NCBI RefSeq assembly: GCF_009914755.1
Contig: NC_060936.1
DNA length: 64,000 nucleotides
From: the human T2T-CHM13v2.0 reference genome, Homo sapiens
Strand: one strand, 5' to 3'
Part shown: positions 27,146-44,167 of the stretch, in pieces
Numbering within the stretch: the first letter of the stretch is position 1
Layout: the number at the start of each line of letters is the position of its first letter
Program-made: the position numbers and the translations under genes
The notes under the pieces: generated by a model
What the model was told of the DNA's origin: nothing
What the model saw: only the letters and a program-made list of their open reading frames with translations
Databases searched by the model: none

Positions 27146-28193
27146 GTTGTTCCCAAGTATAACTTTAAAGCACTGAAACCACAGGTTTAATTTACTTTTT
27201 TCTTCTATTAATTTTAAACTTTCCTGTGGTTAGAACATTTAACCAAACAACAGTTTGTCACCCCAAGTGAATTGATGTTACCAAGCCAGTGGCCTGAGGT
27301 TATTTATGGGAAGAGAGGTTTCTGACCTGTACACAAAACTTGATTTTTACCTACCCAAAGGTAGATATCCTGAGTTGTTTCATTCGGTTTTTCTAAATTA
27401 CAACATGTATATATAGCTGTCCTATATTGGATCCCATTTCCTGATTTCTGTATCTTTGTTTCTTAATATACTGTTTCATTTTACTAGTGTACCTTTTCTC
27501 CTAGTTTCTTGAAAAGGAACATCAGAGGTAAATTTTTTGAGACCTTTAATGACTTAGGTTTTTATTCTACTTTCCCACCTGGAAAACTTAGGTTTATTAA
27601 TATAGAATTTTAGTTTAGAAATCAATATGCCTCAGAAGTTTGAAGCATTACTCCTTTTTTATTTTGGAAGGGAATTTTTTGTTTTGTTTTGTTTCTAACA
27701 GCATTTTGGGTGAAAAAAAAAAGATTTTTGATTCCTGATCCTTACTCTGGAACCTTTTTTATTTCCAGAAGCTTTTAGAATCCTATTTGTTTTCAGTGTT
27801 GTAAAGTTTTACAGAATTTTGTGCCCAGTAGAAAAGGGATGGAGGGTCTCAACCTAAAATATATGGACAGACTTTTTTTTACTTAGCCTTTATTTTCAAT
27901 ATGCTGCCTTTTCCCTGTTATCAGAGACCCTATGTTTTAAATAATCCACAGAGGAAACCTCCAGTCTTCTGCCTTGGAATAGGAGAGGTTACTTGGCTTT
28001 ATCCCGTAAGAGAGGGGGCTGACATAATGTCCCCGTTATCAGGGACATTATCCAGTAAGAGATGGGGCTGAGTTTCAACAATGTGATTAGCTTATGCTTC
28101 TTAGAAGTGGATGGCATTTTAGCTGCGCTTTTCTCTGGAGAATTAATATGCAATTACTTACCCACCTACTAAAATTGAACTTACTTGGAATAA

Positions 28194-28490
<297 letters not shown>

Positions 28491-28679
28491 TGAAATATTC
28501 TGGTATTTTATTACTTCTAATTCTTTATCAACATTATCATCACAACAGTTACAGATTTTTAACCCTAAAATGTTTATATGAAACGTAACATGTTTGTAAT
28601 AAATTGAACAGGAAGCTGAGGATGAGTACTTTAAAGCAGTACTTGGTTATTTCTTTGCCTGTGTACCTTGGCTGCTGCT

Positions 28680-28815
28680 TTTTTTTTTTTAACTTTTATT
28701 TTAGATACAGGGCTACATATGCAGATTTGTCACGTGGGTATATTGCGTTATGCTGATGTTTGGGGTACCAATCTGTCACCCAGACAGCGAGTATAGTACC
28801 CAATAGGTAGTTTTG
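28680..28815 (-). mobile_element. Short L1PA 3' end
   Basis: Poly-T plus aacttttattttagatacagggctacatatgcagatttgt...atagtacccaataggtagttt. Confidence 0.8.
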
Positions 28816-29981
28816 GCTTAACTTCTTAAAAATAATATATATTTATGTGAAAACCAAATGTATAGGGAGAGCAATAGGTGTAATACATGCCTGTTTCTTG
28901 CTAATTGACTTTATTTCTCTTTTTTCTGTCTTGTGAGTAAGGCAAAAGAGATGTGATATATTTCAACATTTTAAAATATGGCAACTTCAATATAAATAGA
29001 TAAGAATTTAAGAGTAAAAATAGTAAGTACACATATTGCCAATTTCTCTTGCAGAAGAAGTGGTTATTACAAATTTTGAATCTTTGTCCTATCTCTTACA
29101 TAATAGTTATTTAGGTTATATATCGAGAACCCAAAAGTTTAGTTCAATAATTTAATATTTTATTCATCCATATGGTTCATTTTTATGAGGGTATTTTTAC
29201 TGTTTTGAAGGTCACTGTTAAACTGTTGGGATTAAACCCTTATCAGCTTGATATCATATAGAATGGATTCTAATTTTAGTTATGTCATATATTAACTGTG
29301 TGAAATAGGTGAGAATACATCTTTCAGATGGAAAGTAATTTTCCTGATCTGTAAAAGAGGATAATTCCTTTCCAAAATAAAAAAGAGAGTAATGCTTCAA
29401 ATTTCTGGGGGATATTGATTTCTAAACTAAAATTCTATATTAATAAACCTAAATTTCCCAGGTGGAAAAGTAGAATAAAAACATAAGTCATTTAAGGTCT
29501 CAAGTAATAAATGAATTATTTTATCTACACTACCTGGCACATAGATATTGAATAAATTGTTGAAACATAACATGTAACTCTCTGCAATGTTAACAGTATG
29601 TTTCTCGGTCATTGTGGCCTCTTTCCCCATTCCCCAAATTTGGAAGCCTCTCAAGGTTAGGGATGGAATCTTTCATTCCTCTGATCACAAGCACATATAA
29701 TTATTTTGTCTTATTTAGTAAGAAGACTTTATTCGCCTTTTTGTTCTCACCCAATTCTAGCTTTTGAAAAAAAATCTTTTGATAGTAAGGGGGAAAATAT
29801 GGCCCTATTATACATTATTCTACACAGCTTGTCCTCCTCTATACCTACCTTTGATCTCCAGAGACCCTCAGAACTATGTGTCCATTCCCTCAATTTATGC
29901 TAGTATCTGTTATGATTTTAATCATAATGTTGAGTTTTTGAACTGATGGTTTAGCTGGCCATATTAAATGGTCTCATTTTC

Positions 29982-30389
29982 TAGATTAGGCTATTCTTGT
30001 ATTGCTACGAAGAAATACCTGAGACAGGGTAATATATAAGAAAAGAGGTTTTATTGGCTCACAGTTCTGTCAGCTGTACAAGAAGCATAGCAGCATCTGC
30101 TTCTGGGGAGGCCTCAAGAAGCTTGCAGTCATGGCAGAAGGGGAAGCGGGAGCAGGCACTTCACATAGCAAAAGCAGGAGCAAGAGGAGTACGGTGGGAG
30201 GTGCTACACAGTTTTGAACAGCCAGCTCTCTCAAGAACTCATTGTAGCAAATACAGTACCAAGTGGGGTGGTGCTAAACCATTCATAGGAAATCCACCCT
30301 AATAATCCAATCATTTCCCACCAGGCCCCACTTCCAATATTGGGGATTACATTTTGATATAAGATTTGGGCAGGGACACACACATATCA
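29982..30389 (-). mobile_element. MaLR LTR (MSTA-like)
   Basis: aagaaatacctgagacagggtaat...aagaaaagaggttttattggctcacagttctg...cccaccaggccccac...agatttgggcagggacaca. Confidence 0.85.
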
Positions 30390-32043
30390 CATACCATGGT
30401 GTCAGTGATCTGTTCAGTGATTTTCTCAGCTTTGCAGATTGAAAATTTGATTTTGTTCAGAAAGCCCGTAAGCAGATGGACTAAGAAAAAGACTCATATG
30501 TTCTGACAGAATGGATGAACAAACTAGAATAACAGTTTATTAAGAGTGAAGAGTGTAGTTGTGTAGTTTCCTTGTATTTTCTGATGGGCATATTCTCTCC
30601 CTGAAGGCAAATGTGACACTAGGGAAAATTATTCTAGGTAATCCTTAGGTGTCATAGGTTTCATGATAAGCCTGGAATTAGCATATTCAAAGATCTAATC
30701 ATTGATATCATCAAGTTATGATAGCCTAGAAGATACGTGTCCACACGTATCTTACAAGAATTTTTGTACCAATGCAGGTCTTAAAGACACATTTTGGGCT
30801 TAGGACATTCTCCTAAGCCATATAAATACTGCCGTATTAGGGGTCTTTGGACTCATGTGAACCTCTCAGTGTTTAGATTATCTCTCTAGTAGGCTTATGC
30901 TATAGATATGTGCTGCTCTATTTATTGATAATTCATTGGATCTCAACCCTGACTGCCGTATTAGAATTTGCCTGGGGCATTTAAAAGAATGAAAACATAT
31001 TACCAAGGCTCTGTCCAAACCTGTTATTTCAGATAATCTCAGAGTGGGATATAGGTATCAATATTTTTGTCTTATTTTGTGTGTGTGTGTTTAGTTGTTT
31101 TGTGTGGGAGGGAGGGTGGGGCTTTTGTTTAAGTCATCCAGGTGATTCTTTGGTATAGCCGTGGCTGAGAGCGAGGGGGCTGTAATGAGCCACCTTCCTC
31201 TGGCATTTGGCCTATAAAGTACCTTGTGCTAAGGTAACTTCTGCAAATATTTTATCTCATTATGATTTTGCCATCCCTATATTGAGATTCACATTAACAG
31301 GGAACTGTTAGCTTAATCATTCATTACACTGTTGTGTATTTTTATTGCCAACTAATATCATGAGTAATTTTTTCTTTAATATGCCCGAAAGTAATAATGA
31401 TCTGAATTGTTTTATTCATAATGGCCCTAGGTGTTTTCACAAAGTAAACTTAGTATCTAATAGGCTGATGATGATTTGTCACAGTGGAATCTGAAATAGA
31501 TCCCTAATGAGTTATGTGAATAATTATGTTAATAATTGGTCTGTCTGTTAGTTGGTCATCACCTATAGTATATGTATGTCTAATAGTCCTAACTGAACAA
31601 TTATGTATACTGCAATTCAAAATACATATTCCCTTCTACTTTCTGAGTACATCCTTTCACCTAGAATATATGTTCCATTGTAGCCACAGTGACATTTCAG
31701 GTACTCGAAGGGTTTCTAGAGTCCTTTTCTACTTTCTAGTACAAATCATGTCAGTTCAGTACAGTGCCTTAAAAATAGCTTTATATGCCTGAGATGAAAT
31801 TTGAAGGATGTAAAGGAATTAGGCAAGCAGGAAAGAACATTCTAAGTAGATAGTACATTATGGAGTATATAGTCAGTACAGAGATACTAAAATGTTCCTA
31901 ATTTCAAGATGAGAAAGATTTATTCTTTGTGTTTCCTAATGTTCCCTACTAAGGATGAACAGGCTTAAGTCTACTTGTGTGCCAGAAAGTTACAGCAAAA
32001 TATGATAGGAAGTAGAAGAGCAAAGAAGCTGAATATGGATGCG

Positions 32044-32441
32044 TATATTAGTCTGTTTTGCGTTAGTATAAAGGAATACCTGGTAATTTATAAGGAAAAT
32101 ATGTTTATTTGGCATATGGATCTGCACACTGTACAAGCATGGCAACAGCGTCTTCTTGGCTTCTGGTGAGGCCTTGAAAGTTTTACTACCTGTAGAAGGT
32201 GAAGGGGGAGCAGGTGTATCACATGGTGAGAGGGGGAGCAAGAGGGAGGAGAGGAGGTTCCAGGCTCTTTTAAGCAACCAGCTTTCACATGAACTCATTA
32301 CAGTGGGGAAGACACCAAACCATTCATAAAGGACCCAACCCCAATGACCCAAACATCTCCCACCAGGCCCAACCTTCAACATTTCAACCTCCTCATATTT
32401 CAGCATGAGATTTGGAGGGGACAAACATCCAAACTATGTCA
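32044..32441 (-). mobile_element. MaLR LTR (MSTB/MSTA-like)
   Basis: tatattagtctgttttgc...gagatttggaggggacaaacatccaaactatgtca; TSD atgcg/atgcc. Confidence 0.85.
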
Positions 32442-33234
32442 ATGCCCTTTGTATAAAACTACAAAAAATAACTTTATTAATATTTTATATATATTCGAAC
32501 TGTGTGTTTTATTCTTAAATCTGGTTTGGTTTTGTGTTAGGGAAAGAAGTATTTCTGATTAAATGTAACTTATAATTTAAAAAGAGATTCAGTACTTTAC
32601 ATGAAATTTTATTTATTACCAAAGGAGAATACCACAAGAATGGTGTCTATTTGCATATTCTAAGAAAGTTTTTACTCTTGTATTACTCTCTGTAATTTGG
32701 GAATTCCTAGTTTAATATATTCAGATTTACACATTATGGAGATGTTTTTCATAAAACAGCTAGACAGTACCTTTTTGAGTCATCACTATTTTAATTGAAC
32801 TGGTAAGCATTCTGTTCTTACATTTCCTTTTGAAGATCTAGCCAGTAGTTACATGAACTTTTGTATTGCTGATAGATATGGAGGCAGGCTTTGGAGAGAA
32901 TCCTGTGCTCTAACTTGACCAATGCCGGCATTGTCTTTTTTTAAAATTGTTATATTGAAGAGGAATTAATTGTCAAATGTCCTTTTACTGTTAGTTCTCT
33001 GACCACTGTATATCCAGGAGGAAATTAACCTTGTTTGTGGCCTAAGGAAATAGAAAAACACAGATTATAAAACTGTATTTTATTTTTGTGTTACTCTTAC
33101 GACATTTCATATTTTATTGTTATTTCTCAGTAAAATGTAGATATTAATGTCTTTAATGGTAAATGCAGTGATGAGCTTTTGTACCCTGTTGGACCAAGGT
33201 ACTTTAATAATCACTGATCGTTTTTTCCTTGTAG

Positions 33235-33471
<237 letters not shown>

Positions 33472-34231
33472 TGACTTTTTTTCTTTTTCCTTTTTTACAA
33501 ATCCTGCACAGTGATTATAATGGTATATATTTTTAAGAAAAAAAAAAATTAACCCTGACTTTAATCCAAATATTTGAAGACTCTTAAATTCGTACAGTTA
33601 ATTCTTAACTTCCTAGTATGCAAAGTATAACTTCCTACTGTGTAAAATTTTTAAATTTAACATTTTTGAAACATAAACATTTTTCATTCAATAATATAAA
33701 ATCTGTTTAGAAATATATACATGAATACAGTTCTTCGGTCACTTTTTTTAATGAACAAGATTTCTAAGGACTATTTAAAGTTTATTGTCTTTTTAAACTT
33801 TATTTTTCAGATTTATTATGAGATGTAACTTTTTGAATTTATGGTGCCTTTGTATATTAAGAACATTCGTATTTTAAGAAAATATGTAAGAAGTACTTAA
33901 GTTCTAGATATTCTACCATATTTACGTGGTTACCATTGGAGAAAGCTGGATAAAGAGTACGCAAGATCTCTCTTTACTAGTTTTGAAACTTCCTATAAGT
34001 CTTATTATTATTTCAAAATAAATTTAAAAAAGTATAAACTGTTAAGAGTCACTAATAAATGTCTATTTATGTAAGATTCACAAATTCACCACCTGAGGGC
34101 ACCCAAAGAATGTTTAAGAAACAAATGTGCACTTGAAAAGTTACGGAAATTAAAGTATTTTTACCATTATATATAGTAATTTTTCAAGATATTCTTTATT
34201 AATATGAACCCCCTTCATTTTTCCTTTCTAG

Positions 34232-34331
34232 GTAACAGGAGTTGTTGGAAGAGCAGAACTTTTGTCATCTATCTTTTTTCTAGCAGCTTTTTTGTCATAT
34301 ACCAGATCAAAAGGACCAGACAATTCCATAA
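34232..34331 (+). CDS. TMTC3: TMTC3 exon 4 (100 nt)
   Basis: [33 protein letters not shown]; donor gtacat is weak but phase matches exon 5. Confidence 0.93.
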
Positions 34332-35772
34332 GTACATGTCTCACATTTGATTTTTTTTTAATAGTGCTAAAACTTGATTAAGGAATTTTTATTTACTCCA
34401 AGTGCTTCTTATAACACATTATATACCACATTTGGGATTTATCTTTATGTATTGTTTTACTTTAGCATATGTGAAAATATGAAATATGTAACATTGCTAG
34501 TATTTAGGAAGTTTGTGTATAATTTATATTTTTATCTTGAGCTAATAGATTTTATATGATCTAATTTTAAAAACCAAATAACCTTAGAATAGAAGAGTTT
34601 TAGAGTTAGTCCTAGTTCCATCTTCTGTTATCTATTAATGATATAGATTCCAGTATTTCAGTTGTCTTTGGATAAATAACACCTGGTAGACTGTCATATT
34701 GTTTAGGTAAGGTTAAAAGCCTCCTAGAATATAACTTTTATTGTGTGTTGATCATAGCTATTTATTGAGCTCCTACCTTGTGACCTACCCTGGAAAGTGC
34801 TTCGAATACATTAGCTCATTACTCTTAATGATTCCTGGCATTATCAGAAAACAAGTTCTAGGCAATAAAAATGATTTTTTTCAAGTGTGGGCACAGTGGG
34901 CACAAACCTTTAAGTTCTTGGGGAAGGGGCAGATTTTCTCACTGTAGTTCCAAGGTACTCATGACAAGAAGACTAGTTTTATGTGTGGAAACTGAGGTTC
35001 AAGAAACACATGATTTAGCCAAACATCTTAAGAGTGTTCTGGATTTGTAATAGTAGGTTTGCCTTTGCTGCTCTGCATAATGCCTTCTTAAAACAATTTG
35101 AGTGGCAGCATAGCATAGTACTTAAAAGCATGGACTAAAGAGTCTGGTTTCAAATTCTAGCTCCACTGTTTATTTACTAGTTCCATTCACCGTAACACAT
35201 CAGGCAAATTAACCTCTCTGTGCTTAACATTTCTTTATCTGTTAAATGTGCATAATAATAGTCCCCTACCTGTGCAGTGCATCATGTAGTAGGAGGTACT
35301 TTTGTAACTAATATGGAATTGCAGACCAGTATCCTCTTTAAGTACCATCCTCACCAAAGCCTGAATGGTAAAGTTAGAAAATACTGTGGCCTACAGGATT
35401 ATAATCAGGCTCTCAATTACCTGTCTAATCATATCTTCTGCCATTCTTGCCCTAGCTGTCTTCACTATAGCTAGATAGACCTTCTTGCTGTTCCCAAACA
35501 GGCAGAGCACCCACCTTTATACCTGCATTTCCCAATATTGAATTTTCTTCCCTTAGATCTTTATGTAGTAGTCTCATTTATACACTATTCTATATTATCA
35601 GGCCTCAGCTTAAGTATTTCTGTCTTAGAAAAGCCTTCCCTGTTCTAACTGAAATAGCTTTTCACCATATTATATCTTTTGTTCCAAATACTTGTACTTG
35701 GTGCTTTTTAATGATTTCTTATTCTTTACAATTCTAATATCTTGCTGTATTTCCTTAAGAATTACTTATTTG

Positions 35773-36064
<292 letters not shown>

Positions 36065-36739
36065 TTATTTGAAATTCTTGGTCTGTCTCTTTAAGTAATT
36101 CTGATTTAGTAGTATATGTTATTATGTTTGTTCTCTCTGTTTTATGATTGTTGTATCCTTCAGATATTGAGTTGTTTTGGCTTGTGAGCTCAAGCACATG
36201 TTCTTCTAAAGTTATAAACTACTGTGCCTGTTAAAGGGAAAGGCCAGGGCCACTCTTTGTTCATCCTGTGAGTTTGAAGGGATGAAAGGAATTATAAACC
36301 AGGATATAAAGTTCCAGGTTCCGCAGAGCTGCTGTGGATCACTGTTGTTCCTACCAGTGCTACTAGGCACACTCTCTGTTTTCTTTAAGAGAATCAGCAT
36401 TAAGAGGCCAGTCCACCATCCCTCTGCATTTAAATGGTAGCTCTGTAGAAGTTACTGCCTAGGAGTGATTGGTTGGTTTGTACCTTTTAAAAAATATCTA
36501 CCTCTTACCCCATCAAGACTTCTGAAGTGCTCTGCTTTTACCTCTGGAACACCCACTAGCCGTTGTAGCTGTGGATTTCTGCAGTAACAGAGTAGAGAGT
36601 GATCTACCCAAAGCAGTCAGGAGAGGATAAAACAAAAGTTAAAAAAAAAAAATTCCCACTCTTGTCTTCTGCCTTAAATGTAATCCCTCATAACACTCAC
36701 AGAACCACACATGCTTAAAATAACCTCGAAATGCTAAGG

Positions 36740-36773
<34 letters not shown>

Positions 36774-38720
36774 TTACAAAAAGTGTCTTAGAAACTATTT
36801 TTCCCTCTTACTTACCTTTTTCTAGGGTTGATTTTTGGGGAAAGGACCAACAGGTCAAGCTAGTTCACCATTTGAGCGAAACAAAAACAGAGTAATGTTG
36901 TTTTCTATACCTTTAACTTGCATTTCTGAAAATACTCATTTCTAACCTGAAAATACATAGTTTACATTTTTCTTTTGTTTATTGCTTTCTCACAATAGAA
37001 CGTGACCTTCCTTAGGGTAGGTAACTTTTTCTCCATTTTTTGATCTTCATTTCCTAAAATGATTCCTAGTTTACAGTAGGTGTTTAGTATGAGTATATTG
37101 AAGAAATAAGTAAGTGAATGAATGTAATGTATTTTAAATTCTAATTGAAAAAATACTGAAATCTACCTTGGACCTCTCTTTATCCTCTTAACCACTGTGA
37201 TACTTTGTACTCTTAGTAATTTTACCCTTGAAGCCACAGTTTCCACATCATCTTTGTATTCCCTATTGTATCTAGTATACACTGGCCTGTGCAAAGGTTT
37301 TCAAGTTGTAATTCTTTATATTCATTTTAACTTCTATATTCATGTCCCATACCCCTTTTGTAAATATGGTGATCCAATTTCAGGGCTTTACACTTGATTT
37401 TTTATTACTTTGGGTTTCTGCTTAAATATCCACTTAAATGTCATCAATATCACTACTCATCTTTCCCAGTGGTACTATTTTTATTTCCCTTCATCCTCTT
37501 TTTTTCTCTATAACACTTAAACGTTGTCACCATTTGACAGAGTATATTATTACTTGTCTCTCTTCCCTATACCCTTGAAATGTAGTAGATACTTAAAATA
37601 ACTGTTTGAATAAGTGATTGCTGAAGATGTGTTTCTTTTACACATGTAGAGTCAGTTTAGAAGCCTGTATTTTGAAATGGGAATAGATTTAAGTGTCCTT
37701 AACTTATTTACCAGGTGTACTTGTTTTGGACAAAATCACATGTAACTTTTAACCACAGTGATCTGATTATAAAATCAAAGTGTTTATATAGTAATATAGT
37801 CACTAGAGGCTGAAGAACTGAAGTGATTGGTTTCAGTAAGACATTTGCATTTATTACTCTTAGTTGAGATGGAATTCAAGTTTGTAAAAGGTAACCATTT
37901 GCTTGTTCTTCCTTGAAGTAGAAATACAAATTACTGAGAAGCTCTGACTTTAAAATCAGAAGAACCATGTTAAAGTCTTGGTCTCCTTATTCTTTGTTAC
38001 TTTTTAAAAAATACCTCTACAATTCTTTCCTCATCTTAAAAATGGGTATGATTACATCCATGTTCTTACTCCATAGAGTGATTTTAAGATTCAGTGAAAT
38101 AATATATGCCAAACTGGCTATATAAACTGTTTAAAATATCTGCTTTCAATGCTATTATTTCCTATGAGTTTTTATGTAGACATACACATCCATTCATACT
38201 ATTCTCTATATCCTTCATTTGCTTAGCTTACTCTCACCCCTATTTATTTCTACATCCACCTTTCCCAATTTTTCCATGGCTTCTATATCCTTCAAGGGCC
38301 AACATTAGGTCCAGCCTGTTTTGTAAATAACCATCTTCTGATTTCTTCCTCTATGAAGTTCTTGTTGAATTTAGCATTGTAGTGTAATATAATCTATTAT
38401 ATTAGTATTGATGTTTTGGCCTAATGAGATTATAAGATTTTTTTTTTTAAGGAAAGAGTATTATTATACTTAGTATCTGCAATAGTTTCATGGGTTTGGT
38501 TTTTTTCATTTATTTCTTTGTTTTCGGTTATTTTTTCCTTCAGTAATTTTAGTCTACAGAGTACTTTGAAAACAATTTCAAAAATATGTATTTCTATATT
38601 AAGCCCAGTGACAGAAGAAAATGTATTCAATTCATGAATTCTGTTCTTGTTTATATTTAGATTTAAGTCAATTATTTGAATTTTTGCTTTAGTTAATAGT
38701 CTTAATAAAAACCGAGGTCA

Positions 38721-39040
<320 letters not shown>

Positions 39041-39343
39041 AAACTGAGATCACACAGTCATACTACCAGATCTTTTTTTAAACTAGAAAAGAATTAGAGA
39101 TTATAGTTTTTCATAAGAAAACTGAAGCCTGGAAAAGCTGCCCAAACTCACAAGTTCACAATGAACTTTCACAGTTCGTTACTCTTTAGTCAAATTACTA
39201 CTACATGGTAGACACTTACTTAAAGTTGATGAAGTATGTTTTTCATTTAAATAGAACTTATAGTCTATTGCAAATTTTTTGAAGAATAGTATTTATTTAA
39301 GTGCCTATTGTTAACCACTTTCATTTTAGTTTTTATAAAAATG

Positions 39344-39630
39344 GGCTAGACACAATGGCTCGTGCCTGGAATCCCAGCATGGTGGGAGGATGGCTTGAGG
39401 CCAAGAGTTTGAGACCAGCCTGAGCAGCATAGCAACACCCTGTCTCTACAGAAATAAAAAAAAAAATAGCCAGATGTGGTGGCACATGCCTGTAGTCCTA
39501 TTTGGGAGGCTGAGGCAGATGGATTGCCTGAACTTCAGAATTCAAGGCAGTAGTGAGCTATGTTCACACCACTGTACTTACTCCAGCCTGAGTGACAGGG
39601 CCAGACCCTGTCTTAAAAAAAAAAAAAAAG
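39344..39630 (+). mobile_element. AluJ
   Basis: Diverged two-arm Alu with A tail. Confidence 0.9.
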
Positions 39631-40022
39631 TATAATACCCTACTTTTCCCAATACTTTTAAATTTTAAGTTTTTAATAATTTATCAGTTTAATAAGGTAT
39701 AAAGATATCTGTCATAATTTCAGGAATTTGTCTTCATTTCAGAATGATAGCTCATTAATTATGACACACAAACCTGTAAATTTCTCTTCTCCAAATTCAC
39801 CACCCTACCTTTGTTTTAAAAGTTAGTATTTGATGAAATAATTTTTCTCTTTGTAAAAAATTTCAGTTCAAATTATACATGTTGATATTTTGCTTTGAAT
39901 GTATAAAGTAAAAATTATTAAATTTAAGTATATTTTAAAGTATGTACTACTAATTAATGAGAAATAGCACTCATATGGATATGGAATCACAAAGTTTAAA
40001 ATATCTTTTTTTGATATTATAA

Positions 40023-40202
<180 letters not shown>

Positions 40203-40609
40203 TAAATTTTCTTATTGATATATTTTATCCTAGTTGAATCAAATTTTATTTATTTTTATTTTCTAAATGTATCATTATGTAAATTAATGTGTTTACCAAT
40301 AATAATACCAGAAATCATGTTTTATCCTCATACCTACTGAAAATTACTTAACATTTTATGATACTTTAAGTGTTTTAAGAACTGTGTTTTAAATTTCAAT
40401 AATGGAATCATTAGGCAGCTTGGAAAAGTATGCAATAGTACTGTACAGTATAATTCATTATTAGGTAAGACTGTTGAGCTCAGTTTTATTCATTATTAGC
40501 TTCACACATTCTTCCACATTAATTTTATAATTATACTTGTATCTAATCTTGCAATTAGAAAGTACTACAGTATTGAAAACATTGAGATATGTCGTTATTT
40601 GTTGCTTAA

Positions 40610-40843
<234 letters not shown>

Positions 40844-42710
40844 TAACTTTGGATTTTAATGATCATAAATGTTGAAGAAAGTATTTTATTTTGTTTTTTA
40901 ACAGTTTTATTAAGCTATACTTAACATTTTTTAAACTGCATATATTTAAAATTTATGTACTGATAATTTTTGACATATGTATACACCCTTAAAGCCCCCA
41001 CAATAAAGATAATGAATGACCCATCCCAAACTGGTTAAGTGTTAAGGTTAGTGTTAATTTAGTCTCCTATATCCTTAGTGATTTTTGTCTACTCATTCTG
41101 TCAGTTACTGAGAGATGTTGAAATCTCTGACTATACTTGTAGATTTCGCTATTTCTCCTTGCACTTCTATCGGTTTTTGTTTTGTGCGTTTTTGAAGCTC
41201 TGCTATTAGGTGCGTAAACAACTAGGATTGTCAAGTCATCTTGAGGAACTGATCCCTTTGTCATTATTAAATGAGCTTCATCCCTGGTAATAGTCTTTAC
41301 TCAGAAATTCACTTTTTCTTATCACAGCTGTCTTTCGTTAGTGTTATGTGGTGTATCTTTTTCCATCTTTTTACTTTTTACCTGTCTATGCTTTTATTTA
41401 TAAAGAGGATTTCTTGTAGCATCCATACAATTTGGTCTTCTTTTGTTGTTTGGTCAGATAATCTGACTTTTAGATGGGATATATCATTGATTTATATTTA
41501 ATTTGATAATTGATATAGTTTGATGGAAATCTTTCATCTTGATAAAATTGTTTTCTCTTTGTCTCATCTATTCTTTGTTCCTTTTTTCTCTCTTTCCACC
41601 TTCCTTTGGATTCTTTTTTTAATATTTCATTTTATCTCCTTGTTGGCTTATTAGCTATAAATCTTTGTTGTTTTAGTGTTGCTTTAGGGATTTTAGAACA
41701 TCCTCTGCTTATCACAGTTTACCTTCAAGGAATATTCTAATTTCGAATATATATATAAAATAAAAATATCAGTGTATATATAGTATAAATATATGTAATA
41801 TACATTTTATATATGTAAGAACTTAACTTTTGTGCAGTTTGCGTATGTTTTCCTTGAACATACATTGCTTTAAACAATTGTCTTGGAGGAATTTAAATAA
41901 TAAAAAAGTATTTTACATTAACCATGAGTCACCATTTCCAGTGTTCTTTATTCCTTTGTTGGATAAGATTTTTATCTGGTACTATTTTTCCTTTTACCTG
42001 AAGGAATTTCTTTAGCACTTCTGATTAAAAATATCAGGTTTTGAAAGATACCTTCTCTGGGTGGAGAATTCTACACTGGCTTTTTCATTCAGTATTCTGA
42101 AAATGTAAATCTACTGTCTTCCGGCTTTTATTGTTTTCAGTGGGAAAACCTCTATCATCCTTATCTCTTTATGCTAATGTATGTTATGTGTATTTTTTCT
42201 ATGCCTGTTTTTAATATTTCCTGTTTACCATTGTTTCTTATGTATTTATGTTTCTTGTGCTTAGGTAAACTGAGCTTCTTGAAATCTGTAGATTTTAATT
42301 TTGTAAAAATTTTGGAAAATGTTTAGCTAGTCTTCAAATATTTTTGCCATCTTTTCTTTTTCCTCTTTTTCTTGTATGTCAGTTAAGTATATTTAAGTTT
42401 CTTGAAGTTGTTGCACTGATGCTCTGTTTTTTTCCCTCAATCTTTTACCATTTTTAGTTTGGATAGTTTCTTTTGCTATATCAAGTTCACTAATCTTTTT
42501 TCTGCAATATCTAATCTACTCTTAATTTCATCTAGTTGTTTCTTACCTCTGAATCTGTTTTCATCTTCAGAAGGAAGTCTGATTTGAGTATTCTTTTATA
42601 TCTTCTATATCTCTACATGTTCTATTGCTTTAATGTCCTTGCCTACTAATTCTATCATCTGTGTCATTCCTTGGTCAGTTTTTATTGAATAAATTTTCTC
42701 TTCATTATAG

Positions 42711-43168
<458 letters not shown>

Positions 43169-43377
43169 CAGTCTTGCTTTTAAGCTTTGTTTTGTGGGAC
43201 CACAATAGCATTTAGGATAAGACTAATTTCACTTCACTACTGATGCAAGATCTTTTTGACTATTGGATGTGAACTGTAAATTACGAAGATTTCCACACTG
43301 TCTGCCGAGGAACTATTCCTGGCTCGGTATATTTGGGAATTTTTAGCTCTAATGCATTCAGGAGGTTTTTGCCTGAT

Positions 43378-43813
43378 TGTATTAGTTTTCTGAAGGCTGC
43401 TGTAACAAATAACTACAAACTGAATAGCTTAAAATAACAGAAATTTGTTCCCTCACAGTTCAAGAGGCCAGAAATACCAAATCAGTATGTCAGCACAATT
43501 GGTTCCTTCTGGAGGCTCTAAGGAAGAATTTGTTCCATAACTGTCTGCTGGTTTCTGGTGGTTGCTAGCAGTCTTTGGCATTCCTTGGCTTGTAACTCCA
43601 TCACTTCAATCTACTTTGTCTTCACATTGCCTTTTTTCCAGTGTATCTCTTTCTTCTCTTTTTATGAGGACCCCAGTCGTTGGATTTAGGGCCCACCCTA
43701 ACCCAGTGTGACCTCATCTTAACTAATATTGGCAGAAACTATTTTCAAATAACACCACATTCTGAAGTTAGGGTAGACATGAATTTTTTAGAAATATGAT
43801 TCAACCCACTACA
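43378..43813 (-). mobile_element. MaLR LTR (MLT1B/C-like)
   Basis: tgtattagttttc...gctgctgtaacaaataactacaaact...attcaacccactaca; TG...CA ends. Confidence 0.85.
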
Positions 43814-43867
43814 CCGACCATGGGTATTTCCTCACATATATGTGCTGATTTGAACTCATCAAAATCA

Positions 43868-44167
<300 letters not shown>

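Noticed and set aside
30828-30964. actgccgtattag occurring twice about 124 bp apart
   Set aside because: Only two short copies, one at the edge of a MER5-like element; not an array and compatible with chance
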